A DNA stretch of 45,150 nucleotides from Klebsormidium nitens (Eukaryota > Plantae > Klebsormidiophyceae), in contig DF237632.1 of assembly GCA_000708835.1 (NCBI GenBank), positions 1-45,150 on the forward strand, written 5' to 3'. Both the position numbers and the translations under genes were made by a program. Positions 1 to 11,100 of the stretch are shown here, piece after piece. The notes under the pieces are model-generated. The model saw nothing but the letters and a program-made list of their open reading frames with translations. It made no database searches and was not told the origin of the DNA. The first letter of the stretch is position 1. Every line of letters starts with the position of its first letter.

Positions 1-468
1 TACTCACCAGAAACAGGGATACGACTTATTCCGAATCTGACCGTTCCAAAACCAGGACGGATGTTGGAGTGCAAACTGTTAGACCTTCTGATTTACACGG
101 AAAGGGATGGCAAAACACACACAACTCTGTATGATAAGAGATCAGATTTCAACTACTTTGTAAATCGATTCCCTGACATTGATTCCAACGTGTCGAGGGC
201 ACAATCGATTTCAACTTTTTACGGAGAACTCGTCCGGCTTTTCCGGACCAATTCACATTTGGAAGGTTTCCTTTCCAACGTCTCAGAAGTTGCATCTTAT
301 CTTGTGGTCCATAAAAGGTACCCACTGGAGGAACTTCGACGTGCCTTCTTTCGTTTCAAAGAAACCCAAAAAGGAAACCCTCGGCTTCTCGGAATGAAAG
401 AAGATTTTGAAACCATTTTTACATTCAAACTGCTTGAATGGATCAAAGCTAGAACAAATGATGTTTAG
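1..468 (+). CDS. C-terminal part (motif E/thumb region) of a Penelope-like element reverse transcriptase, Naiad/Chlamys type; 5' truncated by the window edge
   Basis: Frame 1 is open from base 1 (YSPETGIRL...LLDLLI...TTLYDKRSDFNYFVNRFPDIDSNV...FYGELVRLFR...RYPLEELRRAF). This matches the PLE RT C-terminal pattern FLDL.I...LYDKR.DF.F....FP...SN......Y..QL.R as I recall it. No GIY-YIG domain follows the thumb before TAG at 466-468. Confidence 0.85.
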   Translation, partial: YSPETGIRLIPNLTVPKPGRMLECKLLDLLIYTERDGKTHTTLYDKRSDFNYFVNRFPDIDSNVSRAQSISTFYGELVRLFRTNSHLEGFLSNVSEVASYLVVHKRYPLEELRRAFFRFKETQKGNPRLLGMKEDFETIFTFKLLEWIKARTNDV

Positions 469-2371
469 CTACTCAGCCACTCCTCTTCGCTCTTCCAATT
501 CCAGGATGTTTCCCTATCCCTACGCTTTTAGTGGGGTGCCTCCGCCGTTTGTGGCTCCAGCTCACCAGCAAACCGCACTGGCACCACAGCCGGTTGTTTA
601 CAACATGCTGCCTCCTGTGATGCCACCAACTCCACCCGTGGCACCCCCACCAGTTCAGACTGGTCATCAGGGAGCCTATAATCAGCCGAACTTTCCTGGC
701 CCGCTCCCCGGGCGCTGGGGTCCTGACGTTGACCAACAAAGGGGACCCCCAGGCCCCCCAAACCAGTACTACCAGACCCCAGCCCCCATGGACTTCCGCG
801 AACAGCAACCTTACCCCGAATGGGGAAGGTATGAGACGCATATGGAAGCCCCACAGCGCCAGTATCCTCCGCGACAGTTTGGAGACCACCCCACCAGTGG
901 ACGCGGTGGCCCAAACCGCGGTTTACGCCCTAACCAGCCCGGTTACCGCCCCCCTAACCGAAAACCGTACGACCATCCCGGCCAACCAGCATCACGCAGC
1001 GAACGAAGGCCGCCTGGTCCGGCAACAGTCCTGCGGCAAATCACCATGCCATTCTTCCACAACGCTGACGGCTTGGCGGTGCAACTTTGCGTCAGCACCG
1101 CCAAGGGCCAGCAGTGCCACACCCCATCGTGCGCCCATTCGCACGAGCCAAAGGAGCGCCGCCCCTGTATGCTGTTTCACAGCAAAACCGGAAAGTGCAC
1201 GGACGGGGACCGGTGCCTGCTAGGGCACCGAGAGGCGAAGGACACGTGGCTCGTGTCCAAGGCCGTCAAGCGGACCCGCGCCATCAACACCGAATATGCG
1301 CCGGCCACTGGAGGCGCAGCCGCGACACAGCTCCACGTGGCTCCTACACCACCCGCACCTGTACACGTGGCACCCGCAGCCGCGGTCGCGGCCGCGGGCG
1401 CGGCCGCGCCACCAGCCACTGTACCCGCAGTCGTTCCGCAGCACCCAGGCGAGGCGGCCGCGGCGGCAGTCCCGGCCGTCGATTTCCAAGAGCTAGCCCG
1501 TCGGAACGAGCTGACTGGGGCTAAGGATGAGGTCGCTCGCCTCACGCAGATCACCGAAGAACTCAAGAACGAGTTCAAGACCCAAAGTGCGCAGCTTCTC
1601 ACGCTGCAAGGTCACTTGGGCACGATGGAAGCTGAGAACAAAACCCTCCGAGAGGAGAATGAACGTAAGCGACTCGAAATCGTTGAATACGACTCTTTAC
1701 TTGGTACTTTCACCAGGGATTGCTTCGGGCTCACTAATCTGCTCGATTTGAACGCTACCCCTCCTTCTGAAAGTGCTTTGAAAGGGGCTCTCACCATTCT
1801 GACGGCAATGTTTGCTCGCCCGGTGGAATTCCACGACCAGACGACATCATTGAATCTACTTGAAAATAGACCAGTAACAAGCTTCTCGAATGACGTACAG
1901 ACTTTACAAGCGTTGGGACTGAACCCCGCGATTCTAGAGCATGCCTTCTTCCTTCGTTGTTCCATGACTTACAACGTAGACAAGGACTTTTGCAAAGATG
2001 GCGCTTTTTCTCACTTCTCCGGCACAGTAAGCATTGGACCTGGTGGATCTCAAACCCCCAGATATTCCGTGCTTCAAAAGATGCCAAGGAAGTTTCGTAA
2101 GATCTTCCTCTCACAGAAGAAATCATCGGCCTGCTCAAGTGTAGCTAACTCGTCCTTGAGACAACAGGCTGGTGGCGGATTATGTCAAAGTGGCAGATTG
2201 CCAAAGGAACTGCACGCAGTGCTTGCAACATTTCTATACGGGAATGCATACAAAAACCCAGGCGTACCATTGATATCGCAGTTTGTCACTTTCCTTCAGG
2301 CCGAGCTGAAAGATTTGGACACTATTCTGTTGACTCTTACGTCTCTCCAATCTATAAGGCGTGCCCATTAA
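458..2371 (+). CDS. Intronless 638-aa ORF: Pro/Gln-rich N-terminus, two CCCH zinc fingers, Ala/Pro linker, coiled coil and an unknown C-terminal domain; probable accessory (gag-like) ORF of the retroelement
   Basis: ATG ATG at 458-463 overlaps the end of the RT ORF. C-x8-C-x4-C-x3-H and C-x9-C-x5-C-x3-H lie at 1088-1228. A heptad-rich stretch ELARRNEL...ENERKRLE lies at about 1484-1690. The ORF is uninterrupted, unlike the intron-rich host genes in this window. Confidence 0.75.
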   Translation: MMFSYSATPLRSSNSRMFPYPYAFSGVPPPFVAPAHQQTALAPQPVVYNMLPPVMPPTPPVAPPPVQTGHQGAYNQPNFPGPLPGRWGPDVDQQRGPPGPPNQYYQTPAPMDFREQQPYPEWGRYETHMEAPQRQYPPRQFGDHPTSGRGGPNRGLRPNQPGYRPPNRKPYDHPGQPASRSERRPPGPATVLRQITMPFFHNADGLAVQLCVSTAKGQQCHTPSCAHSHEPKERRPCMLFHSKTGKCTDGDRCLLGHREAKDTWLVSKAVKRTRAINTEYAPATGGAAATQLHVAPTPPAPVHVAPAAAVAAAGAAAPPATVPAVVPQHPGEAAAAAVPAVDFQELARRNELTGAKDEVARLTQITEELKNEFKTQSAQLLTLQGHLGTMEAENKTLREENERKRLEIVEYDSLLGTFTRDCFGLTNLLDLNATPPSESALKGALTILTAMFARPVEFHDQTTSLNLLENRPVTSFSNDVQTLQALGLNPAILEHAFFLRCSMTYNVDKDFCKDGAFSHFSGTVSIGPGGSQTPRYSVLQKMPRKFRKIFLSQKKSSACSSVANSSLRQQAGGGLCQSGRLPKELHAVLATFLYGNAYKNPGVPLISQFVTFLQAELKDLDTILLTLTSLQSIRRAH

Positions 2372-2400
2372 GATTGAAGACCTACAAGAACGGCAAGTCC

Positions 2401-2819
2401 GAAGTTCTGAAAAACACAGAACACCCACTTTTCACAAAGTGGGATTCCCTTACTAATGAAGCGCGTTCACTTCGACGCAGCTTATTCGACCACCAGACTC
2501 ACCTTTCCCTGGAAAGGGTTCTATATGCCAAAAGGCAAGATTTCCAGCAAGGGACACAAGGGACAAATACGCTTTCTTCGCTTTTGTGTATGCGGCTGAT
2601 CTTTTCCTAGGACCTCTTCCTCTTTGGCCAATGGAAACGTCCTTTACTTTTCAGCTGGACAGAAAAGACCCAATGAGGCACTACACCGTGGATAACACAC
2701 GGTGGCTCTCAAAGTCTGATAACATGGCCAGCAAACCTTCAACAGGTGGCAAGCCCTCTAGCGACTTTACAAAGAAGAAAGATGTCATTCGGCTCTTGCA
2801 CAGTTGTGAGCGCTCATAG
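2401..2819 (+). pseudogene. Phage/homing-type HNH endonuclease split across two reading frames
   Basis: Frame 1 gives HPLFTKWDSL (2422). Frame 3 (open 2460-2819) gives FPGKGSIC...FFAFVYAADLFLGPLP...FQLDRKDPMRHYTVDNTRWLSKSDN. The motif order matches H.LY..W...GGRGI.VC...F..F...MG..P...LDRID...Y...N.RW.....N of phage HNH nucleases. Confidence 0.65.
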
Positions 2820-3495
2820 CTTGTGTTCACCGAGATGCTAGGAGTCCTTACAAAAGGTTACGGCTCATCGAACCCTGAGGCGCCTTAACAGTCTGGTCCA
2901 TAAAACGCAAGACATTCTGTATAGATAAGGCGGGTGGAGGAGGGATTTCAGGTTCGACACACGGTTATCAGTATATTTGCACATGCGCAGGCGTCCGGTC
3001 TACCACACCGGAATCTTCCGCGCTCACTCCGTCTGGACGTCCGAGCCGGAACAAAGACGGGAACACATGTGTCCGGACCGACTGACGGTACTGATTGATC
3101 AAAGTTCATCGGACGGCCACGAACTGTTCAATTCAACTCCGAGCTTAGGGTCCAAAAACGTCTGGCTAATTGCACTCAGTTCTGATCGGATTGCATCTGG
3201 ATAAAATTCGTCCAATGGAATCGCTTCCGTCTGCAATATTGTAACGGTGAAGACGTTTAGAATCACTTCGAAGCTTCTTCCTACTCTGTTGGTGACCTTA
3301 AAATCACCTACAAGGAATCGTAGTAGGAAAAAGCGTTACCCCAAGTCCAGATTTACTAGCACTTGGTAAACATCTTGATAGTAGACAGCTATATTATGCC
3401 ATAGAAAGAGAACAACTTCTTTCTCTTTCTCAAGCTGTTTGACAGCAGCCAACGTCTCTGTTTATGGCGCTCAGCACCAAGTGGAGCACACTACA

Positions 3496-3817
3496 ACGGA
3501 CCGAGAGCTGGCTGCACCTACATCGCGTAAATCAAGTTCGAGTCTGTGGAAGTTCTGCATCATCGAACACTGCGGGTACTAACCGTTTCTGACTACATCT
3601 TCGTCACTTTCCTTTCAGGTATAATCCTCATCAACGCAAAGGCTGTCAGAGAACACCAAAGGCTTGCTTGATATAGTGGCTGCTTAGATCAGAATGTAAT
3701 GATGGATTCCTTTGTTTGTTGCATCTAGCTTTGATGGTATACATGTATGCCTCTAGCTGTTTTGTTTTGCTTGCTGTTTGAAATTCGTCAAACAGGTCGC
3801 AGCCAGCTCTCGACCGT
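3496..3817. repeat. Imperfect 24-bp inverted repeat pair, possibly a MITE remnant
   Basis: 3496-3519 ACGGACCGAGAGCTGGCTGCACCT is a near reverse complement of 3794-3817 AGGTCGCAGCCAGCTCTCGACCGT. Confidence 0.4.
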
Positions 3818-5124
3818 TATCACTAGAAGTACTCAGCAGCCCTATTTCAGCTGTAGTAATTAGGAACACGTTTCCATTATGATTAGAAAAAGGGACACCT
3901 CTAGTCGATTGAACACAGAGAGATTTAGCCTCCTATTTGACAGTTCTAGAACCAAAGTAGCCATTGCGAGCTCAACTTTTGGAGCTTTGTTTGCTTTTCA
4001 ACTCACTCATGCACTGAAGGTTATGAGCAAAGATATCTGAGAATGATATTCATGAGCCATACTCGATCTCAATGATAGTGCAATTCGGAATTCGAATCTC
4101 ATGTCACATGCCCAAAAAAGCAGATGCTTAAGAGGTATGGCAGGTTATCTCGACCTTGTCATTCGGGATGAGGTGCTTCAAGCATGATTTGGTCTTGACA
4201 TGCTTGACGTTCCTCAGGCTCTGCCAATCGCAGTGAGACAAGCCGACCGGTTCAAGTCTCCAGCCGAGGGGCCGGGGAACAGTCGGCCTGGGAGCCGACG
4301 AAATCAAAACTCCGTGTCGAACGCTGGACTCACGTAGGCTTTCGTCGAACAATCGTGATTCGTGCAACACAGAAGTAAGTACAGACCGAGTCGCGGAAGT
4401 CGGCGCTCCGGCGCTCCGGCACCCCGCTGCTCCGGCGCGCGCTCCGAGGGTTCCGGTGCGCTCGGCCCGACGGAATGAGTTGGGGCCTGCTGACGTCAGT
4501 GGTCGCCTAGGAAGCTTCACGCGTGTACAAGATCGCATGGCCGGCCAGCTCGGAAAGAAAGCGATCAAGCGCAGCTAGGTACCTAGCACTGGCTAGAACT
4601 TAGTTCAGGGCGGAAAAGCTTCTGCAGGAGCTGTCAGTCTGAAAGAGGACTGCAATGGTGGGCGTCTGTGAGCTACAGATACACCATACGCATTCAACAC
4701 AGCGGAGAGAAGACTCTCCCCGGCAGCTCGCAGCTGAGAGATTGTGCAATGCAATGCAATGTGGCAATCCTGGCAATCTTTGCAATTATCAGCTTGCAGT
4801 TTATGACCTTGATCTGCGCCCCTTGAAATCCAGGGATTTGGTATGGAGTTGGAGTGAAGATTGCTGCTCTATGCAGACAGACGAAAGTTTCATGTACGTT
4901 GGCCATCGGAAGATCTCTGCCTCCGAATGAGAAAGTGGTCTTTCAGCAAGTAGTCGGAAGGAAGCGGGAGCCAAGCGAGAGTCTGGAGCAGAAAGGTGCC
5001 AAGTGCACACAAGAGAAGGAGACACAAGAGGATAAGTATAGACTTCAACTAGAAGCTGCCAAGTACATACAGGAAAAGTGTCACCAAGAGAGTAAAGGAC
5101 GTTGTTGTAGAGAGTGTGGAGAGA

Positions 5125-8100
5125 ATGGGTGTCAAGCTGCACGTGCGCGTGGAGGAGGCACGCAACCTGGCAGCAAAAGATTCAAATGGTCTTAGCGACC
5201 CGTACGTGCGACTGCAGCTCGGGGCGTCTAAGGCAAAGTCCAAGATCATCTACAAGAACCTGAATCCCGTCTGGAACGAGGTAAGAAGCGCAGCGCTGAC
5301 TTTTTTGGTAGACGCACTCCAAGATTTTGGAAAAGTAATGCTTTCTTCTGGGTTCGTTTGTGGATGCGGTTGACCCTCACGACATGTCCTTAAAACCTTC
5401 ATTGAGTACTTCCATCTGGAGGCTGGAATTGAGGACAACTGATGCACTAGCTTCGGTTGATTGATATTTGGGTTAGCTTTTGATGGATACGTTCCTTGGT
5501 ATGATTGTGGCTTGCTGGGCTTGAATCAGCTGATATTGCATTATCTTTCATTCATAGACTTCAAGCACTCATTAATCAGTCAAGCGAAAAGTGGGTGACT
5601 ACCGTAGTTTAACATGAATCCAAGAGTATGAGTTGCGCCCGTATCCAGGGCCGGACACAAGGATTGACATTTTTGGATGTGGGGGCGGTCAGGCATGGCA
5701 TCTCCCCTGCTTCGTCAATCGTCAATCGTTCTCATGCGCACAGAGCTCTTTCTTCGCATGGTTTGGCGGACTTTGTGGATGCGTTTACATCTGAAATTCC
5801 TTTCATCTCATCGTCGATTGCAGAGCAACCTTTCTCGCATTGTCTTCTAGAGGATCTTTCCACCCCGAAATCCTACATCCAACATAGCTGATGCTTCTGT
5901 TGGCAACCTCTTCTCACCAGGAATATTTCTTCAACGTCGAGGACCCCTTGTCGGAGCAGCTACACATAACGGTCTGGGACAGCGACTTTGGACTATCGGA
6001 CGACTTTCTGGGCCAGTTGACACTGCCCCTGTCAGACGTACATGAGGCAGAGAACAGGTCGATCGACACCTGGCATACTCTCGAGCACCGGAAGGCAAAG
6101 GAAGTAGTGTCAGGTGAGGGGGGGCACATGCTGATGTCACAATATTCTTGTGATTTGGAAATGGATTGTTGTGGATACGCCAGAAGTATTGAAGTTGAGA
6201 TTCAAAGCCAGGATGAAGCAAGGCCTTGCGAATGCAGACTCTCACTCAGGACAGAAGATGGATGATGTTGCAGACTTGAAATCCAATGATTTTAAATTTA
6301 GCACGATTGTTAGCGTGATCAGTTAGAAACGGCCTTTCATGTGAATACATTAGGCCAAGCTCAAAGGCAGTCTTGCCACAAACAACCAAAATTATGTAGC
6401 GCGGACTGTCCAAAGAACCAGCATGAGGATGAACAGGGATGTCTCTTCTTGTCGCATGCAAAGACTACTCTTAGCGAACTTTCAAAAGCTTTACTCCTGC
6501 TCTTCATACGTTCTTCAGGGCTTCCTAAGGCTCCAGGTGATCAGGCTCCCTAGAAGAACGACTCTGGCCACCTCCCTTGACCACTACACTCCCTAACTAT
6601 TCGGCCTGACGGCATTATTCTGTGACACAATTACTAGCTTATGCGCGTGTGCATCCGGAATTGCAGGCGAGATCCGGCTGACCCTCTCCCTGATCGGCAA
6701 GTTCGAACGTTCCACCAGCGATTCCAGCGCAAAGGGAGGCTCCTCTTCTTTCTCTCGCCGGCCCTCCATCTCCCCCTCCTCCAACCAAATGTCCCACTCC
6801 CAAACCTTTTCGGGGGCTACCGACCATGCCACGCCCCTGCTGAGCCCCACCCCCCCAAAACGGGGCCTCTTTTCGCGGCGCTTCTCGAGGGCGGAAAGCA
6901 GCAGGAGCGGCCATCTGAATCGGACAGAATCCACGAGTTCGACGGGAAGCTCGGTGCTAGAGTTCGACGGGGAGTTGGCGCCTGAGTCGTTCTGGGAGGA
7001 CGACGGGAAGGCGTTCGAGACGCCTGTGGAGATGCCCCCGCCTCTGGCGGGGGGGGTGGTAGCGGACCGGGTCTATAAGGTGAGAAATGCAACCGTTCTT
7101 TCTGGTCTCATTAACGATCTAGATGCTCAATTCGAGCATTTTATGCCTGAGGCGGTTTGGACCGTAGACAGCTTAAGCGGCAGAATGTCCCTTTCTCGTT
7201 GACGGACTGTAAATAAGCTATTGAAAGGACCCTAAGGTAGCCAAGCGTGGCAGCTCAACGCCAAACACCCTGTGTGACTCAGCGCACGGTTGCGTCCCTT
7301 CAAAGCAAACCGCTTTTATCTTCCATTGCCTCCTGACGCCCCTTATTGGCTGAGGGATTAACGTTCAGAAATCAGGATGTCAGGTGTATGTCAGCGCCAG
7401 TTAGCGCTTTGTCTTTAGCTCAATTTGTTATAGCAAAGGACTTGGAATCGTTGTTTTAGGGCAAAGGTCGTCATGTCGGTGTTGTGTCGGTTACAGAAGT
7501 CCACTCTTGACCACCCATGGGGTCCCTCAGAAGCTCTCCCCTCGTCGCTCCATGGGAAGCATGCTGCAGCACGTGAACTGCTATCAAAGTTTTCTTGACA
7601 CCTTTGGGGCAGAGCTCTAGAGTCCATTCAACCACCCGGCCGTGTGACGACCGGAAAACCGCACCACCCAATATAGAAGAGCTGTCCGCCAAGCCAGCAC
7701 TTGAGGCCACTTTACTGTGGCAAACCCCTGACCAATGTAGGCTTGCGTGCATACTAAGAGTAAGTAGCATTACGGCACATGACTTCGATCCCTTTGGTCT
7801 TACAGACAGTTTTACCCAAATATCTCAGCACTTTTGTGGTTCGAATGATCTTCTTTTCACGAATCTAAGTTGATCAATGATTGCAGGTTAGTTGCAAGGA
7901 CATGCACGGCATCCTCTTCGCAAACGGGTCTGAGTTTCAGACGAAGCTGTTTCGCGCGTGCAATTGGACCCGGGGCAGCACCGAGCCGTGGCATGAAGGC
8001 GAAGGGGGATACACCCGGCGCGTAACTTACCTCACCGCGCCCAGCAGCCTTATCAAGGGTGTCAAGGCCACTGAGATACAGGTGAGGTGCTGGAGATTTG

Positions 8101-11100
8101 ACACTGGTTCGGAGCGAAGATTGGGATTGCCGCTTTGGTTGATCAGCTCGAAGTGTCAAAGCAGGGATAGAGTCAAAGATGATTTGATTCGAACAGGCTC
8201 GTCGAGTTGGAGATTTTATCGGCTGAATTGCGAAGTGGGCGCTTGGGAGACCCTGGTTGCGAGGAGTCTGTTCTGGGCAAGTTGAGAAGATTGAGCAAAT
8301 GAGTTGCGCGTTGCGCGTGCACCTTTGGAAAAAAAGGTGATCCAACGTATCACGAAGAAGTCCTGTGTCAAAGGCACAATGCCCTTGCGCAGCTTGGAAA
8401 AGTCTTCACTTAAGAAGTTGAGCCTCTGCTTCTTTGGTATCCTTTGCAAACTGAGAAACGTTTGCTGTTTCTTCTAAAAGTGGGCAGAGGGAGGCAAAGA
8501 ATGAGCAAACCTGGTAACTTCAAAGCTCTGAGATTATACCTTTTCCCGTCAATTCTTATCAAGCTCAAGATGATTCATTCTTGCAGGAGTATTCCAACTC
8601 TGGGCATGGCGGGTACGTCGTCGACATTACGAAGTCGACTCCGGACGCTCCGTACGGCGGCACGTTCCGGACACGTGTCCAGGTGTGCGTGTTTCCCGGG
8701 CTGGAGGACCCTCACCAGACAGCATGTGTTCGCATCTCGTACGAGCCGGAATTTCTGCAGACGACGTCGCTGCGGGGCGTCATCGAGAAGGGCATGGCGC
8801 AGGGCATGAAGGAGACGTATCAGCTGTTCTTAGATGTAAGTCCTTTAAATGCGCTTGAGCGTTCTGAAACGGCTTCTCGTGTCCTGTCTTATCAGACTGT
8901 GTTTGCGACTTCATCGTTCGCTTTGCAAGGCGTGCAATTCGGCCGTTATTGCTAGTTGGGTTGCGCCGTTTCTAGAAGGTGTTTGATTGAGAAGGCATGT
9001 CGGATAGGGTGTTCCTACACTCGGTTTCAAAGTAATGTCAAAAAGCACTTTGTCTACGACGTAGTGCGTTCATCTCCGCATGTTTTTTGAGTTACCTTGT
9101 GCTGTTGTCAAGCCCATCTCGTATCTTCACTTTAACCCCAACCCAAACCCCTCCCCCCCCCCCCCCCACCAACAGACCCTGGACTTCTTCGCCCCTCCGG
9201 TCACCCCGCCCAACGCGCTCCAAAAGGCGGTCCACTCCAGTCGCTTCCAGCAATTCCAGGAGCGCTTCTACGTCTTTGCCGCCGCCGCTTCGGGCTTTTT
9301 CCTGTTCCTTTTCTGCATCCATATCGCTCTAGTGGGCCGGAACCGCACGCCACGCGGGTTAGAGCCTTACCTGCTCGGGTTAGATCTACCCGACTCGGTT
9401 AGGGAGCTGGTGCTGACGTGGCTCGTGGTGGCGCTCGCGCACATCGTGCTGGTCAAGGTGGAGGTCCAGGCGCGCGCGCGCCTCCTCAAATGTGAGCGTC
9501 TCAAGCAAGCTCTTGACCTTCTGATTTGCGTTCATTTCTGCAGATTATTAGGTACTGAAGGTACGAGTAATTGGCTCATGGGTGCGCAATTGGCTGAAAG
9601 TTTACAAGCGAAAACCTTGCCGCCCGCCCGATGTGAATCAACGGAATTTATTAGTGTAACGGATGAGCGGGAAGAAGACTGGGTGGAATGCCGTGCCTGT
9701 TGACGAGTTCGCTCCTGAACTTCCAAGAAGGCAAAACCGATAAGAAACGCTGGCGGGCAATCGCCATTGTTCCTTCAGTTTCGGTTCCACCTCTGACCCT
9801 GTGAGACCCGCTTTTACCGCTCACCTTTCCCCGGAGACTCGGAGCTTTCAGATACCATCAACTGCAGCCCACCTCTAAGACGGATCAATAACACGAATTT
9901 CGAAGTCAACAAATGCACGCTTGAAAGGGCCTTTCTTACGTGCGTCTCTATTCCTGCCCGCAGTCGGCGACCACGGGATCCGCGCGCAAGGGGAGGGCTG
10001 GCTGCTCACGGTCGCCCTCATCGAGGGCGTCAACCTGCCCAAGGCTGACGTCACGGGCTTCAGCGATCCGTACGTGGTGTTCACGTGCAACGGCATGAGC
10101 CGGACCAGCTCGGTTAAGCTGCAGACGCTTAACCCGGAATGGAACGGTGGGTTACACTTTCTTCTCTGCATTCTCACTGATCTTTCAAGTCACATTCCTC
10201 GGTTGTCTGAATCGCTTAGTCACGCCCAGTTCTTGGTGATACGTTGGAAGGCGCCGATTATACGTATCAAAGGTCGTCAAGCATGCAGACACCCCAATGA
10301 GGGTGGCGATGGGATTTTTGGTTTCCTAGTAGCTATATGGGCACGTGGTTTTGCAGAACTCGTGGCTGCAACGAGACTCGCTGACAGGAATGGGGTGCCA
10401 TACATCCAATGGGGACTTAAGGTCAGAACTTAGTAATCAGTCTAGCATTAGGTCAGCGCAGCATCAGGCCTATGGAATGGCCCTTGAAACGGTGAAGTCA
10501 GAACCGCAGCAATGTGGCAGATGTGACAGCGCCAACAGTGAGCGGCCGCAAGGCAGCATGGCGTGAACTGACGTGGGCTTGCTGACGTCACAGACATCCT
10601 GGAGTTCGACGCCACAGAGGACCCCCCGACGCTGATGACCCTGGAGGTGTTCGACTACGACGGGCCGTTCTCGGAGGCGGAGCTGCTGGGCCGGGCAGAG
10701 GTAAGGGAACGGAACGGAACGGAACGACCGGAACGAACGGAACGAAGAATGGAGTTGACACATAGACCCAAGAGATGATGTAACGGAGTCTGCAAGAGAA
10801 AAAGAGCGAGAAGTTGACCCAAAGAACAAATAACGCTTGCACTTTTCCAGGCCAAGCTTCGGAGACTGTGCGCTCGACATCCCTGCTCCGTTCCCATACC
10901 CCTTCCCCTCAACATCCAAATCAACGAACCCGACTCAGTTTGCGCATCCTATTGTAACGTTAGCTTACCATTATCTTTCTTGTGATCGATCTGAATTTGC
11001 ACAAATACCTCGGTCTTCTAGGTTAACTTCCTCAAGCGCAGCGGCGGCGAGCTGGCAGACCTGTGGCCCTTTTTCGTCGACAAAGCCAAATACTTCGACA

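Larger units (their letters stand above)
1..2820 (+). mobile_element. Penelope-like retroelement (Chlamys/Naiad-like), 3' portion with extra ORFs; true boundaries unknown
   Basis: Three co-oriented, tightly packed, intronless coding segments: RT end, CCCH/coiled-coil ORF and HNH. No pseudo-LTR or target-site duplication can be seen inside the window. Confidence 0.6.

Noticed and set aside
473-1602. Several 100-165 aa ORFs overlapping ORF2 on both strands
   Set aside because: Shadow ORFs of GC-rich coding sequence with no motifs.
2730-3120. Possible HDV-like or hammerhead ribozyme at the 3' end of the Penelope-like element
   Set aside because: Only small hairpins were found. I could not build the nested pseudoknot or a CUGANGA/GAAA core by eye; an Infernal/RNAMotif search would be needed.
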